From assembly GCA_965279035.1 (NCBI GenBank), contig OZ257142.1, forward strand, positions 1,600,001-1,664,000: 64,000 bases of DNA, read 5' to 3'. The notes under the pieces are model-generated. The model was not told where the DNA came from and did not search any database. It worked only from the letters and a program-made list of their open reading frames with translations. Below are positions 50,660 through 62,113 of this stretch, piece after piece. The translations under genes and the position numbers were made by a program. Source of the DNA: Bacteroidia bacterium. Lineage in GTDB: Bacteria > Bacteroidota > Bacteroidia > M30B66. The stretch's first letter is position 1, and every line of letters begins with the position of its first letter.

Positions 50660-52909
50660 ATGCAAACAACCAACGCCAATACCGCCCTTACAACTGTTGA
50701 TACCGCTAAAAAACTTGGATTACTTCCAGAGGAGTTTGAGCGCATCTGTACCATTCTCGGACGAACACCCAATTTTACAGAGCTGAGTATTTTCTCGGTG
50801 ATGTGGAGTGAACACTGTTCTTATAAAAATTCGATCACTTGGTTAAAGACTTTACCGCGCGATGGGGAAGCCTTATTAGCCAAGGCAGGTGAGGAGAATG
50901 CCGGATTGATCGACATTGGAGATGGCTGGGCGTGTTGTTTTAAGATTGAATCACACAATCACCCATCTGCGTTGGAACCTTATCAAGGAGCAGCTACCGG
51001 AGTTGGAGGAATTAACCGTGACATTTTTACCATGGGCGCTCGTCCAGTAGCGCAATTGAACTCGCTACGATTTGGCGATCCAGCTTTGGCTAAGACTCAG
51101 TGGCTCGTTCGTGGTGTGGTGAAAGGAATCGGAAATTATGGAAATGCCTTTGGGATTCCAGTAGTTGGTGGCGAAGTTTTCTTTGACGAATGTTATAATG
51201 TGAATCCATTGGTGAATGCGATGTCGGTGGGATTGGTTCGTCATAGAGAAACCGCATCTGCCACATCCGAAGGTGTTGGAAATCCAGTTTACATTGTTGG
51301 TTCATCCACAGGAAAAGACGGGATTCATGGAGCAACATTCGCTTCAGGAGATTTAACAGAAGAATCAGCTAAGGATTTACCAGCTGTTCAGGTAGGTGAT
51401 CCATTCCAAGAGAAACTGTTGTTGGAAGCTACATTAGAAGTTATACAAACAGGCGCTATTATCGGAATGCAAGATATGGGAGCTGCAGGTATTACGTGTT
51501 CTACTTCGGAAATGTCGGCTAAAGGAGAGCATGGAATGGATATTTGGTTGGATAAAGTTCCAACGCGTCAGGATGGAATGCATGGCTGGGAGATTTTACT
51601 TTCCGAATCTCAGGAGCGTATGCTGATGGTGGTTAAAAAGGGTAGAGAAGAGGAAGTAGAAGCGGTATTTGCCAAATGGGATTTGCATTATGCAGTAATT
51701 GGAATTGTGACAGAAGGCAATCGTTTACGTTACTACATGAAAGGTGAATTAGAGGCTGATGTTCCTGCATTTGATTTAGTATTAGGAGGTGGCGCACCTG
51801 TTTACAAACGTGAATACACTGAACCTGCATATTTTGCCGAAGCACAGAAGTTTTCGATTGATCAAATTACCGAACCAAGCGATCTGAATCAAGTAGCTAA
51901 GCATTTGTTATCGAATCCAAACATTGCTAGCAAGCGTTGGGTGTATGAGCAATACGATTCGATGGTAGGAACTGCGAATATGAGCACAAATCGTCCTGCT
52001 GATGCGGCTTTGGTGAATGTAAAAGGAACGAACCGCGCATTAGCTTTAACGGTTGATTGTAATTCTCGTTATGTGAATGCAGATCCAGAAAAAGGAGCTT
52101 CCATTGCTGTTGCAGAAGCCGCACGTAATATTGTTTGTTCAGGCGGAAAGCCAATGGCCATAACCAATTGCTTGAATTTTGGAAATCCGTATGTGCCCGA
52201 AGTTTACTGGCAGTTTGTAAAAGCAATCCAAGGAATGGGTGCTGCGTGTAAAGCATTTGGAACACCCGTTACAGGCGGAAATGTGAGTTTCTACAATCAA
52301 ACTCAGGTTGGTAAAGAAACGATCCCTGTTTTCCCTACACCAACCATTGGAATGTTGGGATTGTTGGAAGATAAAACCAAAGGAATGGGACTCGCGTTTC
52401 AGAATGAAGGTGATTTGATTTACCTCATTGGTGCGAGTCGCAACGATATCAATGCTTCGGAGTACTTAGCTTCTTGGCATCATGTGCGCCAAAGTCCGGC
52501 CCCATACTTTAACATGGAGGAAGAACTTGACATGCAGCAAACGGTTTCTCAATTAATTGCTGCCGACTTGGTGATTTCTGCACACGATGTTTCTGATGGA
52601 GGTTTGTTTACCACCTTGGCAGAATCGGGATTTGTCAATAATCTAGGATTTACCATTAGTACTGACGAGGATTTCCGTAAGGATGCATTCTTATTCGGTG
52701 AGGCACAAGGACGTGTTGTATTGAGCATTGCTCCCGGAAAGCAGGAAGAATTTGTTGAGTTTATGGCCTTGAATGAAGTGCCATTTAGCTTACTAGGAAC
52801 AGTGAATCATGGTGAAGTTTGGGTTGATGAAGATTTCTGGGGAAGCTTGTCGGAATTTGCCGAAGGATATGATTCTGCATTAGGCAAGATCATGGATCAA
52901 CATGTCTGA
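50660..52909 (+). CDS. purL: Phosphoribosylformylglycinamidine synthase subunit PurL (small type)
   Basis: [62 protein letters not shown]; 749 aa with no glutaminase domain. Confidence 0.97.
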   Translation: MQTTNANTALTTVDTAKKLGLLPEEFERICTILGRTPNFTELSIFSVMWSEHCSYKNSITWLKTLPRDGEALLAKAGEENAGLIDIGDGWACCFKIESHNHPSALEPYQGAATGVGGINRDIFTMGARPVAQLNSLRFGDPALAKTQWLVRGVVKGIGNYGNAFGIPVVGGEVFFDECYNVNPLVNAMSVGLVRHRETASATSEGVGNPVYIVGSSTGKDGIHGATFASGDLTEESAKDLPAVQVGDPFQEKLLLEATLEVIQTGAIIGMQDMGAAGITCSTSEMSAKGEHGMDIWLDKVPTRQDGMHGWEILLSESQERMLMVVKKGREEEVEAVFAKWDLHYAVIGIVTEGNRLRYYMKGELEADVPAFDLVLGGGAPVYKREYTEPAYFAEAQKFSIDQITEPSDLNQVAKHLLSNPNIASKRWVYEQYDSMVGTANMSTNRPADAALVNVKGTNRALALTVDCNSRYVNADPEKGASIAVAEAARNIVCSGGKPMAITNCLNFGNPYVPEVYWQFVKAIQGMGAACKAFGTPVTGGNVSFYNQTQVGKETIPVFPTPTIGMLGLLEDKTKGMGLAFQNEGDLIYLIGASRNDINASEYLASWHHVRQSPAPYFNMEEELDMQQTVSQLIAADLVISAHDVSDGGLFTTLAESGFVNNLGFTISTDEDFRKDAFLFGEAQGRVVLSIAPGKQEEFVEFMALNEVPFSLLGTVNHGEVWVDEDFWGSLSEFAEGYDSALGKIMDQHV

Positions 52910-53600
52910 AAACGATAGCTACCGGCCTATTCGTGAGTGGAACGAAGATGATCGTCCGCGCGAAAAGCTGCAATTGAAAGGAAAAAGCAACCTCAGCGAT
53001 GCAGAATTGGTTGCCATCTTATTAGGAAGTGGAACACGTCGTGAAAGTGCAGTGGAATTGGCTCGTCGTATTTTGCAATTAGCCGACAATAATTTGTTGG
53101 AGTTAGGAAAACTAAGCTTGACAGACCTGCAAAAACTGCCAGGAATCGGTCCCGTGAAGGCAATAACATTAACGGCTGCATTCGAACTTGGTCGTAGAAG
53201 ACAAGAATCTGCACCAATTCGACGGCAACAGATTTTGAACAGTCGCGATATCTATTCTGTTTTCGGACCACGATTAGGAGACTTGAGGCATGAAGAATTT
53301 TGGATTATGTGCTTGAATCGAAATAACCGAATTCTAGGAACCAGTCGCATTGGTGTTGGAGGAATTTCAGGAACTGTGGCAGATACACGCTTAATCCTTC
53401 ATTATGCCATTGAGCGACATGCCAGTTGTTTAATCCTGTGTCATAATCACCCTTCAGGAAATATCAATCCAAGCGAAGCGGATATCAAATTAACTCACTC
53501 GATAAAGCAAGCTGCTAAATGGATGGATATCGTTCTTCTGGATCACTTGATTGTAACTGATTCGGCGTACTTTAGTTTCGCTGACGAATGCAAACTCTAA
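52902..53600 (+). CDS. radC: RadC/JAB domain protein
   Basis: DRPREKL, LSDAEL..ILLGSG, GIGPVKA, HNHPSG, LLDHLI. Confidence 0.93.
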   Translation: MSENDSYRPIREWNEDDRPREKLQLKGKSNLSDAELVAILLGSGTRRESAVELARRILQLADNNLLELGKLSLTDLQKLPGIGPVKAITLTAAFELGRRRQESAPIRRQQILNSRDIYSVFGPRLGDLRHEEFWIMCLNRNNRILGTSRIGVGGISGTVADTRLILHYAIERHASCLILCHNHPSGNINPSEADIKLTHSIKQAAKWMDIVLLDHLIVTDSAYFSFADECKL

Positions 53601-53601
53601 C

Positions 53602-54648
53602 ATGGCCAAAGCACATCAAAATATCCACAGCAACAAGGTCGTTGAGAAAATTAAATCAAGTCGTGCTGTTCGAGAAACGGTTGATCAGCTTAGTAATAAA
53701 GTCCTACAAGGAGATACCAATGCTTTATCCAGAGCCATCACACTCATCGAAAGTGCGCATGAAACGGATATCTTAAAAGCAGAAGAACTTCTTCGAATGC
53801 TATTGCCTCATGCAGGAAATTCAATCCGAATAGGCATTAGCGGCGTTCCGGGAGCAGGGAAAAGCACCTTCATAGAATCCTATGGAATGCACCTGATTCA
53901 GCAAGGGAAAAAAGTAGCTGTATTGGCTGTTGATCCAAGTTCAGAAGCAGGCAAGGGTAGTATTTTAGGTGATAAAACCCGTATGAATTCCTTGGCTTCT
54001 CAAGCAAAGGCCTTCATTCGTCCAAGTCCAAGTTCTGGAGCCTTAGGTGGCGTTGCACGTAAAACGAGAGAAGCTATTTTTTTATGTGAAGCCGCTGGTT
54101 TTGATCATATTTTAGTGGAAACTGTTGGTGTTGGTCAAAGTGAAACGGCAGTTCATTCGATGGTTGATTTCTTTTTGTTGATTGCTATTGCTGGAGCTGG
54201 CGATGAATTACAAGGCATCAAACGTGGCATCATGGAAATGGCCGATCTGGTGGTGGTGAATAAAGCCGATGGAGATAATTTACCAAAAGCCAAAGCGGCT
54301 CGCCAGGACATTCAACGTGCATTGCATTTCTTTCCTCAACTCCCTTCTGGATGGACGCCCGAAGCTATTTTAGCTTCCTCCATTGAAGCAACAGGAATGC
54401 TCGAAATTAATGAGGTGATAGATCGATTTACGAAACATGTTAACCAAAATGGGTATTTCCAAAATCACCGCAAAGAGCAAAGTAAATGGTGGTTAAAAGA
54501 AACGATACAGCATGAATTGAACGAACTCTTTTTCAACCAGCAGGACGTAAAAAACGTGTTAGCCCAAACTGAAAAGGAAGTCATTCAACAGCATTTGTCG
54601 GTAACGGAAGCAGCACGACAACTTATACAGCTATTTCGAAATAAATAA
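53602..54648 (+). CDS. meaB: Methylmalonyl-CoA mutase-associated GTPase
   Basis: GVPGAGKST, AVDPSS, GDKTRM, IRPSPS, VETVGVGQSE, GDELQGIKRG, NKAD. Confidence 0.93.
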   Translation: MAKAHQNIHSNKVVEKIKSSRAVRETVDQLSNKVLQGDTNALSRAITLIESAHETDILKAEELLRMLLPHAGNSIRIGISGVPGAGKSTFIESYGMHLIQQGKKVAVLAVDPSSEAGKGSILGDKTRMNSLASQAKAFIRPSPSSGALGGVARKTREAIFLCEAAGFDHILVETVGVGQSETAVHSMVDFFLLIAIAGAGDELQGIKRGIMEMADLVVVNKADGDNLPKAKAARQDIQRALHFFPQLPSGWTPEAILASSIEATGMLEINEVIDRFTKHVNQNGYFQNHRKEQSKWWLKETIQHELNELFFNQQDVKNVLAQTEKEVIQQHLSVTEAARQLIQLFRNK

Positions 54649-54650
54649 GC

Positions 54651-55916
54651 TTATCCGAGAATAATTCCGGCGAGAGTTGCTGAAAGGTAAGAAGCCAATG
54701 TTCCTGCTAAGAGAGCTCTCATTCCTAAACGAGCCAAATCGGAACGACGCGTTGGAGCAAGTTCTCCAATACCACCGATTTGCATTCCTACGCTTGAAAA
54801 ATTCGCAAAGCCACATATCGCAATGGAAACGATGAGTAATCCTTTTTCGGTAACAATCGGAACGGAATGACTCGCCAAGCTTTTGAAAGCAACGAATTCA
54901 TTGATCGTTAGTTTTTGTCCCAACAAGGTTGCAACACTGCTAACATCTTCCGAAGGAACGCCCATGGCCCAAGCCAAAGGATAAAAAATCCAGCTAAAAA
55001 TTCGATTTAAAGACAGATCGAGATTCGGATCGAAAAGGTGAGCTATGTGAATGAGAATCCAATCGACCATTGTTACTAATGCAATGAAACCAATCAACAT
55101 CGCAATCACATTCATCGCGATCTTAAATCCATCACTTGCACCATGTGAAATGGCATCGATAATATTGACATACGGACTTTTTACATCCAATGTCACTTTG
55201 CCCATTGTTTGACTTTTCTCCGTTTCAGGAAACAAAATTTTGGAAATTACTAAAGCACCTGGAGCAGCCATCAAACTGGCAGCAATTAGTTTAGGGGCAA
55301 GATCTAGTCCTGCTGCGGCGCCCATGTTAACATACACTACCAAAATTCCTCCGGCGATACAGGCTAAACTTCCGCTCATGCTGGCAAGTAATTCACTTTT
55401 GGTCATGGTGGCGAGGTAAGGACGAATCATCACTTGCGCTTCAACCTGTCCAACAAAAGCACTAGCAACATTACTCAAGGCTTCGGCTCCGCTTACACGC
55501 ATGATGAAATTCATTCCTTTTGCAATCACCGAAACAACGCGTTGCATAATCTTCACATGATATAAAATGGCAACAAGCACGCACACTAAAATAATGGTTG
55601 CAGTAACGTTGAATGCGAATACAAAACCACCACCGATATAGTTTCCGATTGTGCCATCGAATTGTTGTACGGCAATTCCGCCATAAGCGAAAGAAGCTCC
55701 TTGACGAGCAAATTGTTCTATTTTCTCCATGCCATGTCCAAGCTGTTGGAAGAATGCCGTCACTGGAGGAATTCGTAAAACAAGAATGGCAATAACGCTT
55801 TGAAGTGCAATACCACTAAAAACCAATCGGTAATTGATGGCTTTGCGGTTATTTGAAAAAAGGAAGGCAATACCTAATATGGCAATCGCCCCGATTAGTC
55901 CGTGAAATTTATCCAT
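54651..55916 (-). CDS. NupC/CNT concentrative nucleoside transporter
   Basis: SGAEALS..FVGQVEA, IRPYL, MAAPG, KLTINEFVA, CGFANFSS. Confidence 0.92.
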   Translation of the reverse strand: MDKFHGLIGAIAILGIAFLFSNNRKAINYRLVFSGIALQSVIAILVLRIPPVTAFFQQLGHGMEKIEQFARQGASFAYGGIAVQQFDGTIGNYIGGGFVFAFNVTATIILVCVLVAILYHVKIMQRVVSVIAKGMNFIMRVSGAEALSNVASAFVGQVEAQVMIRPYLATMTKSELLASMSGSLACIAGGILVVYVNMGAAAGLDLAPKLIAASLMAAPGALVISKILFPETEKSQTMGKVTLDVKSPYVNIIDAISHGASDGFKIAMNVIAMLIGFIALVTMVDWILIHIAHLFDPNLDLSLNRIFSWIFYPLAWAMGVPSEDVSSVATLLGQKLTINEFVAFKSLASHSVPIVTEKGLLIVSIAICGFANFSSVGMQIGGIGELAPTRRSDLARLGMRALLAGTLASYLSATLAGIILG

Positions 55917-55946
55917 AAAGACAAAGAAAAGAAAATCTGCATTGCA

Positions 55947-58900
55947 TCATGCATCTGCTTGATTTTTCGATTCAAATCCTACTTCAACAATTTCAATCTC
56001 TTGACCTATGTATACTAAATAAGCTTTGTAATCTGTGTAATTAAATGATTTAAGATGCTTCAAATAATTTAAAACCTGATCTTTATGTTCCTCTTGTTTC
56101 ATTCCGGTTTTATAATCAATTAAGGTAATTGCCCCATTGATTTCGGTAACACGATCAGGAATTAGGACATTACCATCAGGCAGCAATAATTCTCGTTCAC
56201 AGAAAATCTGATTTCCTGGTTTAAATAAATAATTCAATTGAGCATGCTGAATAACCGAGTTGAGTATGGTTTTCATTTCGGGAACTTTTTCTAGATCTAA
56301 AGTTCCTTCTTGTAATAATCGATTGAGAGCATGATCTAGTTGATCTTCCGTATCGATAAAAGCCAAAGCACGGTGGACAACCTTGCCTAAACTAATTGCT
56401 GAAACTTCCTGATTAATATCCCAATTTTTAGATGCTTGTCGGCTGATAGAAATTCGGTTTTGCCATTTCCCCGTTTTATATTCATGAACCACACTGCTCG
56501 TTCTTTGAAATTCTTCAACTTCTCTTTCATTTTTAAAATCTGAATTTCCCCAAGTACAAAGTCCCAGTGAAAATTCATTTGGTTTTTCGAATGTTGAAAA
56601 TTCCTCTAAACACTTTTCCCAACCTTTCAGCAAACTTCCATTTCGACCACTTCTCCCACTAAGAATAAATAAAGCATCTTCGGGACGCGTGGTAGCTACA
56701 TACAATAAATTAATTGCATCTAAATCGCGTTTATCTTCTTCGTTGGTAACATAGCTAGAAAGCTTTGTAGATTTCAAATTTTGAGTGAGTGAAACGCGTG
56801 CAGCTAATAAATTTAATGGTAATAATTCTTCATCATCAATCCATTCATTGGTTGTTTTAGGCCAATCTCCATAAGCAAAAGGAAGAATCACAACTGGAAA
56901 TTGAAGTCCTTTTGATTTATGAACAGTCATTACTCTTACTGCATTTGAATCTTGCGGAAGAGAAATGCTCAGTTTTTCTTTTTTATCTTCCCAATATTCG
57001 AGAAATCGAGGAATGTCAATCGCTAATGACCTGCCTGAATTCCAAACTGCTTCGAGAAAAAATTGCAGGTAGGTATTTGTTTGAATGTTAATTCCGAAAA
57101 TGGAACAAATCTCAAAACAGACTTCAAGAAGTGACATCTTTCTTAAATCTGCAATGTCGATTTCAAATTGATTGTTTTTAAAAAGCAGGAGCATGCTTTC
57201 TTCCTGCATTTGCTCATTGCTTAATAAAGAATCAATTGTTTTATAGTTGAGTTTATTATTTTGAATTAAATAATTACAAACAGCAAGAATATTTAACTGA
57301 CTATTTGAACGAATTAAAATTTGCATCCAAGCGATGAGAAATCCAACTTCAGGAGCGTGTTGAACTAATAGTGATTCGCTTGAGATGACGGGAATTTTAG
57401 CCTTTAACAAATGACTTGCGATGGCAATTCCTTGCTTATTATTTCTCGTTAAAATGGCGATATCGCGTAATCGGTATTTTTTATTATCAATTAAATCGCG
57501 GATAATTTCTTCACAGCGTTTAAGATGATAGGCATCGCGTTCGTCTTTTTCTTGATCAGCATTTACAAATTCAATGTGCACAAATCCACCTGTTTTTCCT
57601 TCAGGAGATAGTTGAGCATGATCGGTATAAACATTTCTAAAAGCAGTTGGTAATTGATTTTCTTCAATAAAAGAAAATAGACGATTATTGAAACTGATTA
57701 TTTCAGGATTGCTTCGAAAATTTGTATCCAATGTTCTGGGAGTATACATGTGTTGAAGCAATGCATACCGTTCTTGTTGAACAACATTTAAATTTTCGGG
57801 ATACGGATTGGGCAATTGAGCAAATTGTTCAACATCACCGCCACGGAAGCGATATATGGCTTGTTTGCCATCACCTACAATAAGTGAAGGATAATTTTCG
57901 GACAATCCATTTTGAATTAAAGGCAAGAGATTTTGCCATTGCATGATCGAAGTATCTTGAAATTCATCGATGAGATAATGATGATACTTTTCTCCTAAGC
58001 GTTCAAAAATAAATGGTGCTGATTCATTCAACACAATTTCTGAAACTCGGCGATTAAATTCCGAAATGTGCATGATGAATTGATCATTTCGAATTTGATC
58101 AATCATTTGACTGATTTCATTCAGTAATGCAATGGAATAAATGGAATCTTTAATTAAAGTATTGAGAATATAATCTGGACCCTTTTGTTGCCATAAATTC
58201 AATATCTCCAATCCAATTTTCTCAAGTTGATCTTTCACATGTTGAATGCTACTCAATACTTCATCACTCACTTTTTTAGCAGTCCAAGTATTTTCTGTTA
58301 GCGTTTTTAAAACATATGAATTCGGGCTGAGATCATCACCAAATCTAATTTCGGCTGCTTTTTGAAACCATGAACCAATGCCTGATTTTCCTTGATAAAA
58401 ATCGTTTAATTGAATGTGTTCTTTGCTTATTATTTCTAAAGCTTTCTTGCCCAATGAATGAAATTGATTCTCTATTATTTCACATTCTTTTATTAAGGCA
58501 GTTCTGATATTTAGAAAGTCTAAAACACTTAAATGACTGAGTTTTCGAATTATTTGAGATGAATTTTCTTTTAATAGATCAGTGCTTGATTGATACAAAT
58601 CTTCTTGGATGTTCATGTTTTTTTCTTCATCCGTTTTCGATTCTGTAAATCCAATCAGTGCTTGTGTTATTGCATCATCTTCTCCTACTTTGTCTATTAC
58701 GTTTTCGATGGCTTGCCGCAGAATAACTTCTTGATCCATTTCAACTGAAAAGTTGATTGGTAAATGAAGATCGTGTGCAAACGTTCGAACTACACGATGC
58801 ATAAAGCTATCAATAGTTCCAATGGCAAAGTCTGAATATTGATGTAGGATTGCAGATAAGGTTTTTGCTGCTCTATTTTTAATTTGAATTATTGGAATAT

Positions 58901-59153
58901 TTAGCTCCTCTGCTAATGATTTAAGTAAGGTTTGATTTGCAGGTTTTAAAGGGCCATTTTGATCCGAAATATCATCCAATACTTGAATGACACGTTCTTT
59001 CATTTCGGCGGCTGCCTTATTGGTAAAAGTTAAAGCAAGAATCCGTTTAAAACGATATGGATCTTCTTCTTGAAGAGCTAATTTCAGGTATTCTTTAACG
59101 AGTGTATACGTTTTGCCAGATCCTGCAGAAGCTTTATAAGTATAGAAATGCAT
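55947..59153 (-). CDS. UvrD-family helicase with C-terminal PD-(D/E)xK nuclease (AddA-like)
   Basis: ASAGSGKT, LTFTNKAAAEM, IDEFQDTS, VGDGKQAIYRFRGG, NFRS, MTVHKSKGL, LYVATTR, IPDRV..IDYKTG. Confidence 0.92.
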   Translation of the reverse strand: MHFYTYKASAGSGKTYTLVKEYLKLALQEEDPYRFKRILALTFTNKAAAEMKERVIQVLDDISDQNGPLKPANQTLLKSLAEELNIPIIQIKNRAAKTLSAILHQYSDFAIGTIDSFMHRVVRTFAHDLHLPINFSVEMDQEVILRQAIENVIDKVGEDDAITQALIGFTESKTDEEKNMNIQEDLYQSSTDLLKENSSQIIRKLSHLSVLDFLNIRTALIKECEIIENQFHSLGKKALEIISKEHIQLNDFYQGKSGIGSWFQKAAEIRFGDDLSPNSYVLKTLTENTWTAKKVSDEVLSSIQHVKDQLEKIGLEILNLWQQKGPDYILNTLIKDSIYSIALLNEISQMIDQIRNDQFIMHISEFNRRVSEIVLNESAPFIFERLGEKYHHYLIDEFQDTSIMQWQNLLPLIQNGLSENYPSLIVGDGKQAIYRFRGGDVEQFAQLPNPYPENLNVVQQERYALLQHMYTPRTLDTNFRSNPEIISFNNRLFSFIEENQLPTAFRNVYTDHAQLSPEGKTGGFVHIEFVNADQEKDERDAYHLKRCEEIIRDLIDNKKYRLRDIAILTRNNKQGIAIASHLLKAKIPVISSESLLVQHAPEVGFLIAWMQILIRSNSQLNILAVCNYLIQNNKLNYKTIDSLLSNEQMQEESMLLLFKNNQFEIDIADLRKMSLLEVCFEICSIFGINIQTNTYLQFFLEAVWNSGRSLAIDIPRFLEYWEDKKEKLSISLPQDSNAVRVMTVHKSKGLQFPVVILPFAYGDWPKTTNEWIDDEELLPLNLLAARVSLTQNLKSTKLSSYVTNEEDKRDLDAINLLYVATTRPEDALFILSGRSGRNGSLLKGWEKCLEEFSTFEKPNEFSLGLCTWGNSDFKNEREVEEFQRTSSVVHEYKTGKWQNRISISRQASKNWDINQEVSAISLGKVVHRALAFIDTEDQLDHALNRLLQEGTLDLEKVPEMKTILNSVIQHAQLNYLFKPGNQIFCERELLLPDGNVLIPDRVTEINGAITLIDYKTGMKQEEHKDQVLNYLKHLKSFNYTDYKAYLVYIGQEIEIVEVGFESKNQADA

Positions 59154-59203
59154 AAAGGGAAGATCGGAGAATTAACTCATACAATAACGTAAATAGTTAG
59201 AAT

Positions 59204-59237
59204 AAAAAAGAAGCCTGATTTAGGAATCAAGCTTCTT
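59204..59237 (-). terminator. Intrinsic terminator of the HTH-Fic gene
   Basis: AAGAAGC(C)TGATT..AATCAAGCTTCTT hairpin with an A-run on the plus strand (U-tail on minus) just after the Fic stop. Confidence 0.65.
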
Positions 59238-59242
59238 CGATT

Positions 59243-60295
59243 TTAGGGTTGTATTATTTTTAAATAGCGTTTTAATGCTTCTAATTCGTAGCGAACAACG
59301 AGCTCAAGAAAATGCGTTTTTCCTTTACCTGTTTGTGCATCTTCAAGGCAATTATAGTAGGACATTCGGCTACTGCTATCACCTTTAATGTTTGCAATCA
59401 CATAGCCATGACGCATCAAAATCAGATTCATTATTAATCGGGATGTGCGACCGTTTCCGTCTATAAAAGGATGAATCGTGACAAGGCGTTCATGCATTTC
59501 TGCTGCAAGCAAAACAGGATGCATTCGTTTACTTTCAATGGAATACCAATGAAAATAATCTTCCATTTGTTTTGATATTAAATATGGAGCAGGAGGAATG
59601 TGCTCGCTTCCTTTAATCATGACTTGAACTTGACGATATTTTCCTGCATTGGCGGGATCAATTCCTCTCAAGATGAGATTGTGAATGCATAATAATTCAC
59701 GCTCATTTAATTGGATTTCTTTGTCAATTAAATAACGGATGTAGGCGATTGCTTCTTTGTGATTAACCGCTTCCAAATGTTCACGCATACTTTTTCCAGA
59801 AATGGTAAGGCCTTCGTTAATAACCAAATCTGTTTCCTTTAATGTAAGCGTATTGCCTTCAATCCGATTGCTTTCAAAGGTATACTCAAGCTCTAATGCT
59901 TGTGCAATTCGGTAACTATCAAATTGACGAAAGGAATCTAATTCAGCTTTGAGCTTGTCAATTTCCGAAAGCAGCTCTTGCAATGATTCTGGAACAGTTG
60001 TATAGGTTGAAATAGCTCCATCATTTAATTCTGATTCGAGCTCTTTGATCACGCGAAGCGCTAATTGATTATCATCACCCAACTCATACAGTACACGTGT
60101 TTTAATCCAAGAAACAAGTAGTTCTTCGGGATTTAAATCTAAATGATGAGCTAGTTGAATGAGCTGTTTACGTGAAGGCTTACGATTTCCACTCTCAAAT
60201 TTACTGATGAGCGATTGATCTATACCAAGCATCTGAGCCAACTCTCTTGTTAAGATGCCCTTCTTCTCTCTTGCTTGTTTTAACTGAGTAAACAT
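59243..60295 (-). CDS. XRE HTH-Fic fusion protein
   Basis: N-terminal HTH (RELAQMLGIDQSLISKFESGNRKP), SNRIEGN inhibitory helix motif, HPFIDGNGRTSR Fic motif. Confidence 0.93.
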   Translation of the reverse strand: MFTQLKQAREKKGILTRELAQMLGIDQSLISKFESGNRKPSRKQLIQLAHHLDLNPEELLVSWIKTRVLYELGDDNQLALRVIKELESELNDGAISTYTTVPESLQELLSEIDKLKAELDSFRQFDSYRIAQALELEYTFESNRIEGNTLTLKETDLVINEGLTISGKSMREHLEAVNHKEAIAYIRYLIDKEIQLNERELLCIHNLILRGIDPANAGKYRQVQVMIKGSEHIPPAPYLISKQMEDYFHWYSIESKRMHPVLLAAEMHERLVTIHPFIDGNGRTSRLIMNLILMRHGYVIANIKGDSSSRMSYYNCLEDAQTGKGKTHFLELVVRYELEALKRYLKIIQP

Positions 60296-60300
60296 TGCCT

Positions 60301-60331
60301 ATGACAATTTAGTCATGACAAATGTAGTCAT
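60301..60331. promoter_or_regulatory. Tandem palindromic operator-like sites upstream of HTH-Fic
   Basis: ATGAC-N6-GTCAT (60301-60316) overlapping ATGAC-N7-GTCAT (60315-60331). Confidence 0.65.
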
Positions 60332-60334
60332 ATT

Positions 60335-61228
60335 TCAATCTAATAAAAAACCCAATCGATACATATCAAACGTTTTCAAATCGGGTGATTTACCGAGCAA
60401 GTGCATTTTCCAATAGGGTAAATTTCTACTAAACCAGCGTGAAACGAATGGGCGTACGAGTGGGAAATTCAACACACGATAGGCTTTCATGAGTTTGCTC
60501 TTTACTGGAAAGGGAATATTTTTTTCCTCACAACGGTCTTTCAATCGACTTAAATTATCGAGTGATTCTTCAATCTTCTTTAAGAATTCTTTAGCGCTTT
60601 CCAAGCCTGCATGCAAGACTGGATTTTTTATGTGTTTGATTTTATATCCTGCATTCACCAACTCTGCAGCAAAAAATGTATCCTCATAACCATATCCATG
60701 AAAATACGAATCAAATGGAACTCGTTCTAATATACTTTTATGCAAGAAGAAATTATTACTCAGAAAGGCCATAACAGGATCTTTCATTCGGACTTCCGGC
60801 TCTAATAATTCACGCTGATATCCCCAAAGCCAATGCAGATATAAGGTTGGATTTTCGGGTGGATGGGATTGATAAATTCTCCCTCCACTAACCAAAGTAT
60901 TGACATCTTTCTCTTTCCAAAATGTGCAAGCTAAGGTTGGATTTACACGTGCATCTCCATCACAGTCTAAAAACCAAAGCCATTCATATTGAGCCGATTT
61001 TGCCAAGGAATTTCGAACTGCTGATCGACCTGAGTTTTTAGCTAATTCGGTCCATACAACATTCGATAGCTTTTCTACTTCTTTATTAGTCTGACAATAT
61101 TTCTCACCCGATCCATCATCTAACAATCGAATTTCAAACGGAATAAAAAGTTCCGTGCATTGACGATGGAGCTCATTCACCAAATCACGCACATCGTAAC
61201 GGTAAACAGGAATGAGAACCGAAAGCAT
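60335..61228 (-). CDS. Glycosyltransferase family 2
   Basis: MLSVLIPVY, LDDGS, NSGRSAVRN, FLDCD, GYGYED; probable start 61228. Confidence 0.9.
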   Translation of the reverse strand: MLSVLIPVYRYDVRDLVNELHRQCTELFIPFEIRLLDDGSGEKYCQTNKEVEKLSNVVWTELAKNSGRSAVRNSLAKSAQYEWLWFLDCDGDARVNPTLACTFWKEKDVNTLVSGGRIYQSHPPENPTLYLHWLWGYQRELLEPEVRMKDPVMAFLSNNFFLHKSILERVPFDSYFHGYGYEDTFFAAELVNAGYKIKHIKNPVLHAGLESAKEFLKKIEESLDNLSRLKDRCEEKNIPFPVKSKLMKAYRVLNFPLVRPFVSRWFSRNLPYWKMHLLGKSPDLKTFDMYRLGFLLD

Positions 61229-61229
61229 C

Positions 61230-61910
61230 TTACAATAAGTTGGAATCGAGAATTTGTCCACCGTCGCATTTTAAAGTGCGTGCGCGGTGCAGCTCGAACA
61301 AGGTAAGGTCGTGCGTTGCCACTAAAACTGAACGACCGTTAGCGGCAATATCTAAAAGTAACTGTAAAATTTCGGCTGTGGTTTCAGGATCGAGATTCCC
61401 TGTTGGTTCATCAGCCAAGATGAGTTCTGGATCATTCAAAAGCGCACGGGCAATCCCAACGCGTTGCTGCTCTCCACCCGATAATTGATGTGGCAGTTTG
61501 TGTTTTTTAGTAGGTAAGCCCACTTTCTTCAACACATCATCCACACGCTCATCCATCTCTGCTTTATTCTTCCATCCCGTTGCTTGTAATACAAAACGTA
61601 AATTGTCTTCAACAGTTCGGTCCGACAACAATTGAAAATCCTGAAATATCGTCCCCAATTTGCGACGTAGAAAAGGAATGTCTTTCGTTTTAATGGATTT
61701 CAAGTCATAACCAACCACTTCACCTTCGCCTTCTTTCAATTGTAAATCAGCATAAAGCGTTTTTAACAAACTACTTTTTCCGCTACCCGTTTTACCTATC
61801 AGATAAACGAATTCACCTTTTTCAATCTCGAGATTTACTTCGTGAAGAACCAGGTTTTCGTGCTGATAAATATTTACGTTCTTAAGCGAAATGGTGGTAT
61901 CCAATCCCAT
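61230..61910 (-). CDS. ftsE: Cell division ATP-binding protein FtsE-like ABC ATPase
   Basis: GKTGSGKS, PFLRRKLG..FQDFQLL, LSGGEQQR, LADEPTGNLDP, ATHD. Confidence 0.85.
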   Translation of the reverse strand: MGLDTTISLKNVNIYQHENLVLHEVNLEIEKGEFVYLIGKTGSGKSSLLKTLYADLQLKEGEGEVVGYDLKSIKTKDIPFLRRKLGTIFQDFQLLSDRTVEDNLRFVLQATGWKNKAEMDERVDDVLKKVGLPTKKHKLPHQLSGGEQQRVGIARALLNDPELILADEPTGNLDPETTAEILQLLLDIAANGRSVLVATHDLTLFELHRARTLKCDGGQILDSNLL

Positions 61911-61912
61911 GT

Positions 61913-62113
61913 TCAATCAATTTTTATCACTTTGCCAAAAGGCATTTCTTGGATCATTTTTAACAGTTCTTCCATACGATGACCAAGTCCCATTTTCTCT
62001 AAGGATTTATCGGGACGATCTACTCGAAAATAGGCTTTGAGCGTAAAATCATCATCGCGGATTTGAATGTAATCCGGAATTTTTGCTTTTCCTTTTATCT
62101 TGAGAATATGCAT
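61913..62113 (-). CDS. Small conserved hypothetical protein (66 aa)
   Basis: KIKGKAKIPDYIQIRD..YFR; sits immediately upstream of ftsE in the same orientation. Confidence 0.75.
   Translation of the reverse strand: MHILKIKGKAKIPDYIQIRDDDFTLKAYFRVDRPDKSLEKMGLGHRMEELLKMIQEMPFGKVIKID

Noticed and set aside
52902-53600. radC as a marker of a prophage or ICE
   Set aside because: It is the full-length form, coupled between purL and meaB, with no mobile genes around it.
55947-59153. Defence-system helicase-nuclease
   Set aside because: Size and motif order fit the housekeeping AddA-like repair enzyme in a core gene context.
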